Source: an uncultured Candidatus Saccharibacteria bacterium
GTDB taxonomy: Bacteria; Patescibacteriota; JABMPQ01; JAQVVF01
Assembly: GCA_964574655.1 (NCBI GenBank)
Contig: CAZNOH010000001.1
Span: 137,852 to 201,851 of the forward strand
Reading direction: 5' to 3'
DNA length: 64,000 bases
Below are positions 9,501-16,507 of the stretch, piece after piece (the first letter of the stretch is position 1; every line of letters starts with the position of its first letter). Under the pieces are notes generated by a model, which was not told the origin of the DNA, did not search any database, and saw nothing but the letters and a program-made list of their open reading frames with translations. The position numbers and the translations under genes were made by a program.

Positions 9501-10092
9501 TGTAAACTTGATTGATGAAAAGTTGAATATGGAGATGGATTTGGTGAGAACAATTGCGAAATTAGGTTTAGCTGCACGTGCAAAAGCACAAATGAAAGCA
9601 CGACAGCCGTTAGCTAAGTTGAAAGTTAAAAGTTTAAAGTTAAAAGTTACGGACGATTTAATTGCTATTTTAAAAGACGAATTAAATGTGAAAGTTATTG
9701 AATTTGTGGAAAAGATTGGTTTTGAGGTTGAAGAAAAGAAAAACAAGAAAAAGTATATTTCTAAAGAAAAAGGCTTTGAAGTTGAAGGTGATGGTAATGT
9801 TGTTATTGCTTTACAGACTGAATTAACTGAAGAACTAGAATTAGAAGGTATGGCTCGTGAAGTTGTCCGACAGATTCAATCAATGCGTAAAGAAGCTGAT
9901 TATCAGATTGCAGACCGTATTAAAGTTTGTTTTGAATTAGGTGAAAAAGGTAAAAAAGTTTGCCATCAGTTTGGTGATTATATTAAAAAAGAAACTTTGG
10001 CAACTGAATTAGAAGAAGGTAAAAAAGAAGTTGATTTGGGCAAAGAGGCGAAATTAGGCAAGGAAGAAGGATGGATTGGAGTGAAGAAATAG
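6550..10092 (+). CDS. ileS: Isoleucyl-tRNA synthetase (type 2, Thermus-like) with a histidine-phosphatase/phosphoglycerate-mutase-like domain of about 170 aa inserted between the two zinc-knuckle Cys pairs (CECG ... CPKC).
   Basis: Motifs seen are WTTTPWTLPAN (CP1 editing), WVISRKRYWGLPLPF, PMHKSSGN (the KMSKS equivalent), and a HIGH region GVHHAWG that aligns to T. thermophilus GLPHVGHA. The insert has LARHGRSEGN (the RHG catalytic motif) ... VVVTHDGIL (the second catalytic His). The likely start is the ATG at 6550 (MFKKVDPKQ); the supplied ORF begins at 6517. Confidence 0.9.
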   Translation: MFKKVDPKQDFIKLEHDVLGFWNENRMFYKLQNKNHGKEPWSFIDGPITANNPMGVHHAWGRTLKDVFQRYKAMQGFDQRWQNGFDCQGLWVEVEVEKDLGFNSKKEIEKFGLDNFSKACKERIEKYSEIQTEQSKRLGQWMDWRNSYYTYTDDNIEAIWTFLEKCKRNGWLYKGYSVMPWCTRCGTALSQHELSDDGWKEVVHQAVYIKLKRKSEEAEINEYFLVWTTTPWTLPANVALAVNPKVKYVRVMKDGETYILAKALVSKVLGEAEIVEEVDGKSLLGLHYEGPFDELPAQTGVDHKVISWEDVSDAEGTGIVHIAPGCGEEDYQLSKTNDLKIIAPIDEFGNYVDGFDWLNKKNVHGIKNEIFSSLKEKGNFLKIADIKHRYPFCWRCKEELVFRAVSEWFIDVSEVREPMRKAAEKVGWLPESVGKRMQDWLDNMGDWVISRKRYWGLPLPFYECECGEVTAVESRKELLELSNQQSTNLILARHGRSEGNVLGITDGKMPGTNLDWKGEEEADQLAKQMKERGVDIVYTSPFSRCKKTAEKVAKLCNAELVEDERLREQAFGNWNDKKVFEVEKELTDFYEENDDKKAGETGESMKELFARCQDFYHEILKKHNGQTVVVVTHDGILANLEKVIVNNKKVRNVMKVTAQNAKAHEINILGNGPSHEGGASKIIPELHRPWIDELKIICPKCKKEVSRIKDVGDCWLDAGIVPFSTLKYFSNKEYWAKWFPAEFVCEMRSQVRLWFYSMLFMAVTLEDETPYKQVLAYEEVRDEKGKPMHKSSGNAIWFDEAAEKMGADVMRWMYCVQNPAYNLRFGYRSAEAIRRKLILLWNVYSFFVLYANIDNFKPVENNKLVLNNKLDQWIISALNALIAECNKEMDRFNAQRVMEKCEKFLDDLANWYVRRSRRRFWKSENDQDKNQAYQTLYTVLTNFVKLIAPVVPFLSEEMYQNLERQSVGASEIGSVHLCDYPKADVNLIDEKLNMEMDLVRTIAKLGLAARAKAQMKARQPLAKLKVKSLKLKVTDDLIAILKDELNVKVIEFVEKIGFEVEEKKNKKKYISKEKGFEVEGDGNVVIALQTELTEELELEGMAREVVRQIQSMRKEADYQIADRIKVCFELGEKGKKVCHQFGDYIKKETLATELEEGKKEVDLGKEAKLGKEEGWIGVKK

Positions 10093-10120
10093 TTGAACAA
10101 ATAGTTTGAACAGAAAAAAG

Positions 10121-10145
10121 ATAGGCGAAAATGCCTATTTTTTTT
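10121..10145 (+). terminator. ileS intrinsic terminator (ATAGGC-gaaaat-GCCTAT + T7).
   Basis: Perfect 6-bp stem followed by a T-run. Confidence 0.65.
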
Positions 10146-10172
10146 GACATTTTGTGTTTAAAAAGGTAAAAT
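10144..10172 (+). promoter_or_regulatory. Canonical sigma70-type promoter: TTGACA, 17-nt spacer, TAAAAT. A strong Shine-Dalgarno sequence AGGAGGAG follows upstream of the 10259 ATG.
   Basis: I read it directly; spacer length counted as 17 nt. Confidence 0.55.
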
Positions 10173-10258
10173 ATTATTATAAAGGTATGGATTGTTCGTT
10201 AAAATTTAATTGACTATCCAATCGATTTCTTTTCATCCCCAAGAACCAGGAGGAGAAG

Positions 10259-12889
10259 ATGCGAACAGAAAGATGGTTGATGATAGGTTTAATGTCTGTT
10301 TCTTTGATTTTTTGCACTTGCGTTATTGAACAAGCTGAAGTAGAAAATGAAGAGGTTGCAAATCGAGATATTGGCGGCAACAGTCCTAGTTTTAAGATTC
10401 CTCTCCCGAAAGGATTTGAATGGAAAGTCACGCAATCTTGGGGCGAGCATGCTGAACAATGTGATATTGATTATCCTCCAGCGTCTGGAGAAGATTATTT
10501 TGTAGAATCTTCTCATAATACTAGTTCTTATTGCGAATATGGTTGGGATTTTAGTTTACCAGGTTCAACTGATAGCGGAAAACCAGTTTTAGCTTCTGGC
10601 TTGGGCACTCTTAAATATATTGGGGATGGGACAAGTTCTGGACAATGCAATGGTTGGGGATACTGTGCGATCATTGATCATCAATACAAAAAAACTATTG
10701 ATGGCTTAGAGCATAATGTTTGTTCACGTTACGCACATATGATTATTGATTCGGGATCTCAGTTAGAAATAGGTCAGGATATTTGTCAGGGATTAAAAAT
10801 AGGAGAAATCGGAGATACTGATTCACCTGGAGCGTATCATCTTCATTTTCAGTTTGAAGATTGTGATAATCGGAAGCCATTGCGGATGGGATTTACAGAT
10901 GGAAATGGAGTTCCTCGATGTGAAGAATATTTGACGCTAACCAATGATGAAGTAGAAAGCTGTGGTGATTCTCCTGACGATGTTTTTGGTGATGCTGAAT
11001 TGCCAGAAGGTGGCTGGGTGAATGCAGGTTGTGGATCTTTGCCGGATTGTCCGTTAATTCCAAATTGTAATAGAGAAAAAGGAACTCATCTATTTTCTGA
11101 TTACATGATTGTTGATGATGTATTATTAGCTGCTGGATATCTTTATGGCGAATGTGCTTTGGATGGTAAAGCTGATGGCGGGTTACATCCAAATGATGAC
11201 ATTTCACGAGCAGAAACTTTAAAAGTTGCATTGAATTTGTTTGGTTTGGCGAGTGACAATTGTGGTGATTCAGAGAGCTTTACAGATGTTAGTCCTGATG
11301 ATTGGTTTTATGATTTGGTGAATTGTGCCCAGAAGTATGGAATCATTGAAAGCGTGGGCGGATCTTTTTATCCCAGTCATGCAGCGACTTTTGCTGAAGC
11401 GGCAAAAGTTGTTGTCGAAGCAGCGAATCAGGCTGATGTTATCGAAATAAAAAATGCGCATGAGTTAGGATTTAGCGGTTCGTCAGATTCTCATTGGTCA
11501 TTGAATTATTTTGCCACTCTTTATTATTATGGAGGAATCGATTTGGGTTATTTGCCAACTGCAATTTTGGAGCTACCAGTCAAGAGGAAGGATTTTTTTA
11601 TTATGGCAGCTTCTCTTTCGCCTTGTTTTTGCGGAAATGTTAATTGTAGTTCTGGCTGTGTTTGTGATCAGAAAGTTAGCGCTTGTGTTGATCCTGATGA
11701 TGTTTCGGATGATACAGGTGGTGGAGATGATGTAGAAGAAGAACTTGAGGAAAAAGAATTTGATTTGCAAATTGATTGCTTTGTTGATGTTGAGCATACA
11801 AGATGTGAAGATTCTGGTACAATTTTGTATGTAAAATGCGATTTGGAAAATAATGGCGATGAGGTTGTGAAGCTAAATAATCTTGTAATGTTTATGTCTA
11901 GTTCCTCTGAACAATGTCAAGTAACTGATCAAGATTTACATAGCGGTGTTGGAACTCAACATGTTGAGTCAGGAGAAATTAGAGATCTCAATGGACATTT
12001 TGAAATAACTTGTACAGATCAACCAAGAGATAGTGAATTTGAAGTCTATTTTGATTTGTATGAAAGGATTGATGGGGAAGTGACACAATACGAAGATATT
12101 TTGACAGCTGAAATATTTGTTGCTGATGAACCTTTTGAATTGTGCGAGGAAGATACGTGTACTCTATTGACGTGCCGTGTTATGGGATTTAGTTGCGGGT
12201 CTTACAGTGATAATTGCGGAGGCATAATAAGTTGTGGGAATTGTGAGCAAGACTTTGACTGCGTGGATGGCAGATGTCAGCAACGAGAAGTTTGTGAACC
12301 AGTGATCTGTCAAATATTAGGATATCAATGTGGAAATTACAACAACAATTGTGGAGGTATGATTAATTGTGGAAATTGTGGAAATGGTTTTTCTTGTCAA
12401 AATGGTGCATGCGTTGGAATACAAGAAGGTGTTTTTGATCAAGACCAATGCAATTTGTGTCCTTATACAACACCATGCGATGAAAATAATCATTGTCAGG
12501 CGGAAGGGTGGTACGATGATTGGGTATGTGAAAATGGATATGTCACAACTATTGGATCTCCAGGAGGCAGAGTAGAAATTGAAACTTCAGGCGGTCAACA
12601 AAGATTTTACCAATTTGATTTAAATCCGGCGATGCTATTTACTTTTAGTTGTGATGAATTGCCAGTGGCAATTTGGATTGAAACTGGTCCAGAATCGTTA
12701 AGTGTTGAAATTATGGATCCAAGTTTGCCATATTTTTCTTTTATTTCCCCACCATGTGAATGTGGTGTTTCAATTTATCCAAGGGGGATTGAAATGACTG
12801 CAAGAGGTATTTCTCTTTTGGTCAATAATGATGCAGAACATTGGTTGATTCGAGTGCCGATGAAAGATTATCGATCTTTTTTTGAGTAA
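10259..12889 (+). CDS. Secreted cell-surface protein. It has a signal peptide, an M23 (LytM-type) metallopeptidase domain (HxxxD ... GAYHLHFQFED), SLH-like domain(s) (FTDVSPDDWFYDLVNCAQKYGIIESVGGSFYPSHAATFAEAAKVV), an acidic linker, and C-terminal Cys-rich tandem repeats (CGSYSDNCGGIISCGNCEQDFDCVDGRCQ and CGNYNNNCGGMINCGNCGNGFSCQNGAC).
   Basis: 876-aa ORF with a hydrophobic N-terminus. The M23 HLH motif and the SLH consensus (F.DV...W...GI..G.F.P...T.AEAAK) were recognised by eye. Confidence 0.7.
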   Translation: MRTERWLMIGLMSVSLIFCTCVIEQAEVENEEVANRDIGGNSPSFKIPLPKGFEWKVTQSWGEHAEQCDIDYPPASGEDYFVESSHNTSSYCEYGWDFSLPGSTDSGKPVLASGLGTLKYIGDGTSSGQCNGWGYCAIIDHQYKKTIDGLEHNVCSRYAHMIIDSGSQLEIGQDICQGLKIGEIGDTDSPGAYHLHFQFEDCDNRKPLRMGFTDGNGVPRCEEYLTLTNDEVESCGDSPDDVFGDAELPEGGWVNAGCGSLPDCPLIPNCNREKGTHLFSDYMIVDDVLLAAGYLYGECALDGKADGGLHPNDDISRAETLKVALNLFGLASDNCGDSESFTDVSPDDWFYDLVNCAQKYGIIESVGGSFYPSHAATFAEAAKVVVEAANQADVIEIKNAHELGFSGSSDSHWSLNYFATLYYYGGIDLGYLPTAILELPVKRKDFFIMAASLSPCFCGNVNCSSGCVCDQKVSACVDPDDVSDDTGGGDDVEEELEEKEFDLQIDCFVDVEHTRCEDSGTILYVKCDLENNGDEVVKLNNLVMFMSSSSEQCQVTDQDLHSGVGTQHVESGEIRDLNGHFEITCTDQPRDSEFEVYFDLYERIDGEVTQYEDILTAEIFVADEPFELCEEDTCTLLTCRVMGFSCGSYSDNCGGIISCGNCEQDFDCVDGRCQQREVCEPVICQILGYQCGNYNNNCGGMINCGNCGNGFSCQNGACVGIQEGVFDQDQCNLCPYTTPCDENNHCQAEGWYDDWVCENGYVTTIGSPGGRVEIETSGGQQRFYQFDLNPAMLFTFSCDELPVAIWIETGPESLSVEIMDPSLPYFSFISPPCECGVSIYPRGIEMTARGISLLVNNDAEHWLIRVPMKDYRSFFE

Positions 12890-12912
12890 GCGATTTTATA
12901 TCGCTTTTTTTA
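12889..12912 (+). terminator. Intrinsic terminator (AGCGAT-tttat-ATCGCT + T7).
   Basis: Perfect 6-bp stem followed by a T-run, immediately after the stop codon. Confidence 0.6.
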
Positions 12913-13071
12913 TTTGTAAAATAATGATAAATCAATGCGAACAAATAATTTGAACAGAAAAAGATAGGCAAATATTCGTCTATCTTTTGTTTTGTATTGA
13001 CTTTTTATAGAAATAAGGTAGAGTAATTAGTCTTGGATTTTCAGGATGCCTAGAAGGAGGAGGAGAAGACA

Positions 13072-13503
13072 ATGAAAAGATCTCCATGCAGTTGGTGTTG
13101 TGGTGAAAGTTCTTTAAACATTGGAGCGGGATCATTTCGTGATTTTGACTTTGATTATTCTTATGGTCTTCCGATTTGTGGTGGCTGTGGTGGTTTAGGA
13201 ATTCAAGTTGATGATGAGGAGTTCAGGCGACTTACGAAAGAGATTATTAGATTGCGATTTGAGTATTGCCCTACTGGTGATATGCACTTGTGTCCAGACT
13301 TGCCTTTTATTGTTAGATTGCAAAAATATAAGGCTTTGCAAGCTGTTGTAGTTGAAATTTTTGGGAAATTTGCTGAATCTGGTAATGAATGTTATGCAAA
13401 AGATCTTATTGGTAGTGGCTTTGCTTGGGGGATTGAGCAATTAGAGAAGGCGTCTCAAGTCTATTGTGAGGTCTTTGAACGTGAACCGGAGAATGAATCA
13501 TGA
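13072..13503 (+). CDS. Hypothetical Cys-rich protein (143 aa; CSWCCGE, CGGCGG at the N-terminus), preceded by the strong Shine-Dalgarno sequence AAGGAGGAGGAGAAG.
   Basis: The ORF has an extended Shine-Dalgarno site. Its upstream about 140 bp is a near-duplicate of the cassette upstream of 10259. Confidence 0.5.
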   Translation: MKRSPCSWCCGESSLNIGAGSFRDFDFDYSYGLPICGGCGGLGIQVDDEEFRRLTKEIIRLRFEYCPTGDMHLCPDLPFIVRLQKYKALQAVVVEIFGKFAESGNECYAKDLIGSGFAWGIEQLEKASQVYCEVFEREPENES

Positions 13504-13521
13504 GAAGTTAAAGCAGTTCGG

Positions 13522-13884
13522 TTGGCTTGGTTGGAGTTTTGGAAAGGAAATTTTGAAGATGGTAAGAGATTGTTTTTGGCTGTTTTAAGAGATTTTCCTG
13601 AATCGAGTATTGTTAGCTGTGATTATGCTAACTATCTGTTGCTTTTCGAACGAAATCATGTCGAGGCTCTGAAATATTTTGAACAAGCAGTGAGTCAAAA
13701 ACCGAGAAAAGCTGCTCATTATTATAATTTGGCAAAATTGTTGTTCAAAAAAGAACAGTTTTCAAGAATTGATGAATTGCTTGGTGAAGCTTTAGTATGT
13801 GAAGATTCTTCTTCTTTGAATGATTGCTTTGAGGAAATTACATTGATGAGGGAAAAAGCAAGGTCGCGAGCACATTTGTCTTAG
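13522..13884 (+). CDS. Hypothetical protein (120 aa, helical/TPR-like). It is in the same frame as the 13072 ORF, separated from it only by a TGA at 13501-13503, and has no ATG start (TTG).
   Basis: 13072 and 13522 are both in frame 1. Translating across the TGA gives ...ENES*EVKAVRLAWLEFW... Confidence 0.35.
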   Translation: MAWLEFWKGNFEDGKRLFLAVLRDFPESSIVSCDYANYLLLFERNHVEALKYFEQAVSQKPRKAAHYYNLAKLLFKKEQFSRIDELLGEALVCEDSSSLNDCFEEITLMREKARSRAHLS

Positions 13885-13885
13885 T

Positions 13886-13912
13886 AACTATCCATATGGA
13901 TAGTTTTTTTAT
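13886..13912 (+). terminator. Intrinsic terminator (20-nt perfect palindrome AACTATCCATATGGATAGTT + T7).
   Basis: I read it directly. Confidence 0.65.
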
Positions 13913-13924
13913 ACCTATGCTATA

Positions 13925-14707
13925 ATGTTTTTGTCTATGGCAACATATAAAACAAAAGGTATTATTATTAAAAGAGTGAATTATAAAGAAGCAGATAAAA
14001 TCCTGACTATTTTTACGGCGAATATGGGCAAGATTACAGCTTTGGCAAAAGGAGTTAGAAAGACAACTTCGAAATTAGGCGGACATTTGGAATTGTTTTG
14101 TAGCGTGGATTTGATTTTGGCTGAAGGAAAAGCTTTTGATATTGTGACGTCTGTAGAAAAAAATTGTCATTTTAAAAACTTATGTTTTGATTTAGATAGA
14201 ACTTCTCATGCTTATTATGTTTGTGAATTGGTTGATAAATTTACTCATGAAGATTACAAAGATACAAGGTTATATAATTTATTGTTTTTAGCTTTGGATT
14301 CGATAAATCAAGAAATATCTTTGGATAAAAAACTAGATTTGATTTTGAGCGGTTTTAAAATCAAGCTTTTAAAAATTCTTGGTTTTTTGCCTGATTTAAA
14401 AAAATGTGTTCATTGTGGCAAGAGGGATCAAGAAAATTATTTCAGCTCTTTTTTGGGTGGTTTGATTTGTAAGAGTTGCTTTGATATGGATCGTGAGAGT
14501 TTGAAAATTTCTTTGGAATGTTTAAAGATCTTAAATTTTTTGGAAGATAATAATTTTGAAAATATAAAGAGACTGAAAATTGATGATAAGTTTAGTAAAG
14601 AAGTGGAAAGAGTGTTGGATCAATTTATTAGATTCAATCTAGATAGGGAATGTAAAGCTAAGAGTTTGTTATGCGATGTAAAAAGGCTATGTTTGACAAC
14701 AAATTAA
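13925..14707 (+). CDS. recO: DNA repair protein RecO (N-terminal OB fold plus C-terminal Cys4 zinc finger CVHCGK...CKSC).
   Basis: MATYKTKGIIIKRVNYKEADKILTIF...GGHLELF is RecO-like. The start may be the ATG at 13940. Confidence 0.75.
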   Translation: MFLSMATYKTKGIIIKRVNYKEADKILTIFTANMGKITALAKGVRKTTSKLGGHLELFCSVDLILAEGKAFDIVTSVEKNCHFKNLCFDLDRTSHAYYVCELVDKFTHEDYKDTRLYNLLFLALDSINQEISLDKKLDLILSGFKIKLLKILGFLPDLKKCVHCGKRDQENYFSSFLGGLICKSCFDMDRESLKISLECLKILNFLEDNNFENIKRLKIDDKFSKEVERVLDQFIRFNLDRECKAKSLLCDVKRLCLTTN

Positions 14708-14721
14708 ATTAAACAAAATTA

Positions 14722-15321
14722 ATGAAAATAATAAAATTTTTTATAATTGCATTATTAATATTGTGTCCGAAGTTTTCTTTCGCCGAAGATTTTCCGGAAA
14801 AGAGCGATAAGTTAGTTAATGATTATTCTAAAATGTTAAATAGTATTGATAGTATAGAACAAAAGCTTGTTGATTTTGAGAGAGATAATCAAGCTCGGAT
14901 GGTGATAGTTGTTTTGCCTGTTGCAGGTGATTTAAACGAATATGCGGATCAATTATTCACGCAATGGAATGTTGGTGGCAGAGAAGATAAAGGAATTTTG
15001 TTTCTGATTAGTTCAGAAAAAAAAGAAGCAGCAATGAAATTGAGTTATGGTTTGAGTGAAAATATAAAACAAGAGCAAATTGATGAATTAATTTCTAAAG
15101 GAATAAATCCAGCATTATTAGAGGGTAATTATTCTAATGCTGTTGATTTAGGAGTGAAAAGTCTGGAAAAGATTTTAAAAGGAGAGTATAATGGCGTACA
15201 GTCAAAAGCTAGCAATAATTGGGTGTTTGGCGTAATATTTTTATTTGTTGTGTTGTTTATGATTATTGCTTCAGCTTATGGAAGACAGGAGAGACGGAGA
15301 ATAATTTATAATAAAGAATAA
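14722..15321 (+). CDS. TPM-domain protein (DUF477/YgcG-like phosphatase fold), with a signal peptide and a C-terminal transmembrane helix.
   Basis: N-terminal hydrophobic signal, TPM-like core (YSKMLNSIDS...RMVIVVL...GILFLIS), and a C-terminal transmembrane helix plus RRR tail. Confidence 0.65.
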   Translation: MKIIKFFIIALLILCPKFSFAEDFPEKSDKLVNDYSKMLNSIDSIEQKLVDFERDNQARMVIVVLPVAGDLNEYADQLFTQWNVGGREDKGILFLISSEKKEAAMKLSYGLSENIKQEQIDELISKGINPALLEGNYSNAVDLGVKSLEKILKGEYNGVQSKASNNWVFGVIFLFVVLFMIIASAYGRQERRRIIYNKE

Positions 15322-16451
15322 TGAGTATTTTTAAGTTAGTTGGTAAAAAAAACAAGGCCAGATTAGGAAAGTTAAAAACATTACATGGAGAAATCGAAAC
15401 TCCTTTTTTTATGTCGATTGCAACTTCTGGATTTATTAAAGGTCTGACAACTGATGAAATGAGGGAAATCAACGCTCCAGTTATTTTAAGTAATACATAT
15501 CATCTGATGCTTAGGCCTGGAGAAAAATTGATTAAAAGAGCTGGTGGATTGCATGAATTTATGAATTGGGAAAAGCCTATTTTGACTGATTCTGGCGGTT
15601 ATCAAGTTTTTAGTTTGGCTAAGTTTAGAAAAATTTTAGATTCTGGAGTGAAATTTAAATCTGGCATTGATGGAAAAGAGTATTTTTTAACGCCTAGAAA
15701 AGCAATTCAAATTCAGCAAGATTTAGGTTCGGATATTATGATGGTATTAGATGAATGCGTGGAAAATCCAGCTAGTTATAATGTTGCATTAGAAGCTGTT
15801 GAGAGAACGACAAGATGGGCGAAATTATGCCGAAAAATTTTCAATGACCAATTTTCAATTTCCAATAAATTTTCAATGACCAATTTTCAAATAAATCGAC
15901 CTCTGTTGTTTGGAATTGTACAAGGTTCGTTGTATAAAGATTTGCGAAAGAAAAGTGCTGATGACTTAATAAAGATTGGTTTTGATGGATATGCGATTGG
16001 AGGATTGGCAGTTGGTGAAGGAAAGTCTGAAATGTATAAAATGGTTGAATATTCAGCTAATCTATTACCAGAAGATAAACCTAGATATTTGATGGGTGTT
16101 GGATATCCAGAAGATATTGTTAAGGCAGTATCTTTGGGTATTGATATGTTTGATTGTGTTATTCCAACAAGAAATGCAAGGCATGGGATGTTATTTACTG
16201 GTTTGAAAAACATTGATTTGAAAAAAGGAACTGTAAAATATAAAGCATTAAATATTACTAATAAGGAATTTAGAGAAGATTTTAAGCCAGTTGATAAAAA
16301 TTGCGATTGCGAATTATGTAAAAATTATTCAAGAAGTTATTTGAGACATTTGTTTATGTCGAAAAGTTTTCTGGGACAAAGACTGGCAACCTTGCATAAT
16401 TTGAGATTTTATGTAAGATTGATGGAGGCGTTGAGAGAGGAAGTACTTTAA
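15321..16451 (+). CDS. tgt: Queuine tRNA-ribosyltransferase (tRNA-guanine transglycosylase).
   Basis: ETPFFM, LTDSGGYQVFSL and the Zn site CDCELC...H. It contains an internal 21-nt direct repeat (15837-15857 and 15869-15889) that stays in frame. Confidence 0.9.
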   Translation: MSIFKLVGKKNKARLGKLKTLHGEIETPFFMSIATSGFIKGLTTDEMREINAPVILSNTYHLMLRPGEKLIKRAGGLHEFMNWEKPILTDSGGYQVFSLAKFRKILDSGVKFKSGIDGKEYFLTPRKAIQIQQDLGSDIMMVLDECVENPASYNVALEAVERTTRWAKLCRKIFNDQFSISNKFSMTNFQINRPLLFGIVQGSLYKDLRKKSADDLIKIGFDGYAIGGLAVGEGKSEMYKMVEYSANLLPEDKPRYLMGVGYPEDIVKAVSLGIDMFDCVIPTRNARHGMLFTGLKNIDLKKGTVKYKALNITNKEFREDFKPVDKNCDCELCKNYSRSYLRHLFMSKSFLGQRLATLHNLRFYVRLMEALREEVL

Positions 16452-16507
16452 ACAAAGATCTGCCTTTGTTTCTCTGCGAGAGACTTTGGCGGACAAGGGA
16501 GGAGAGG

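Noticed and set aside
12570-12600. GGCGGTCAACAAAG inside the 10259 gene, resembling the GGCGGACAAAG tail of the hairpin family.
   Set aside because: It lacks the 5' CCRCC-TTCG half and any hairpin, and is likely a chance match.
13501-13503. In-frame TGA considered as evidence for TGA-to-Gly recoding (genetic code 25, as in some CPR lineages).
   Set aside because: glyQS (19456-19458) and the 13072 and 53704 ORFs end in TGA immediately followed by terminators, and conserved genes have normal lengths with TGA stops. The standard code 11 is most consistent.
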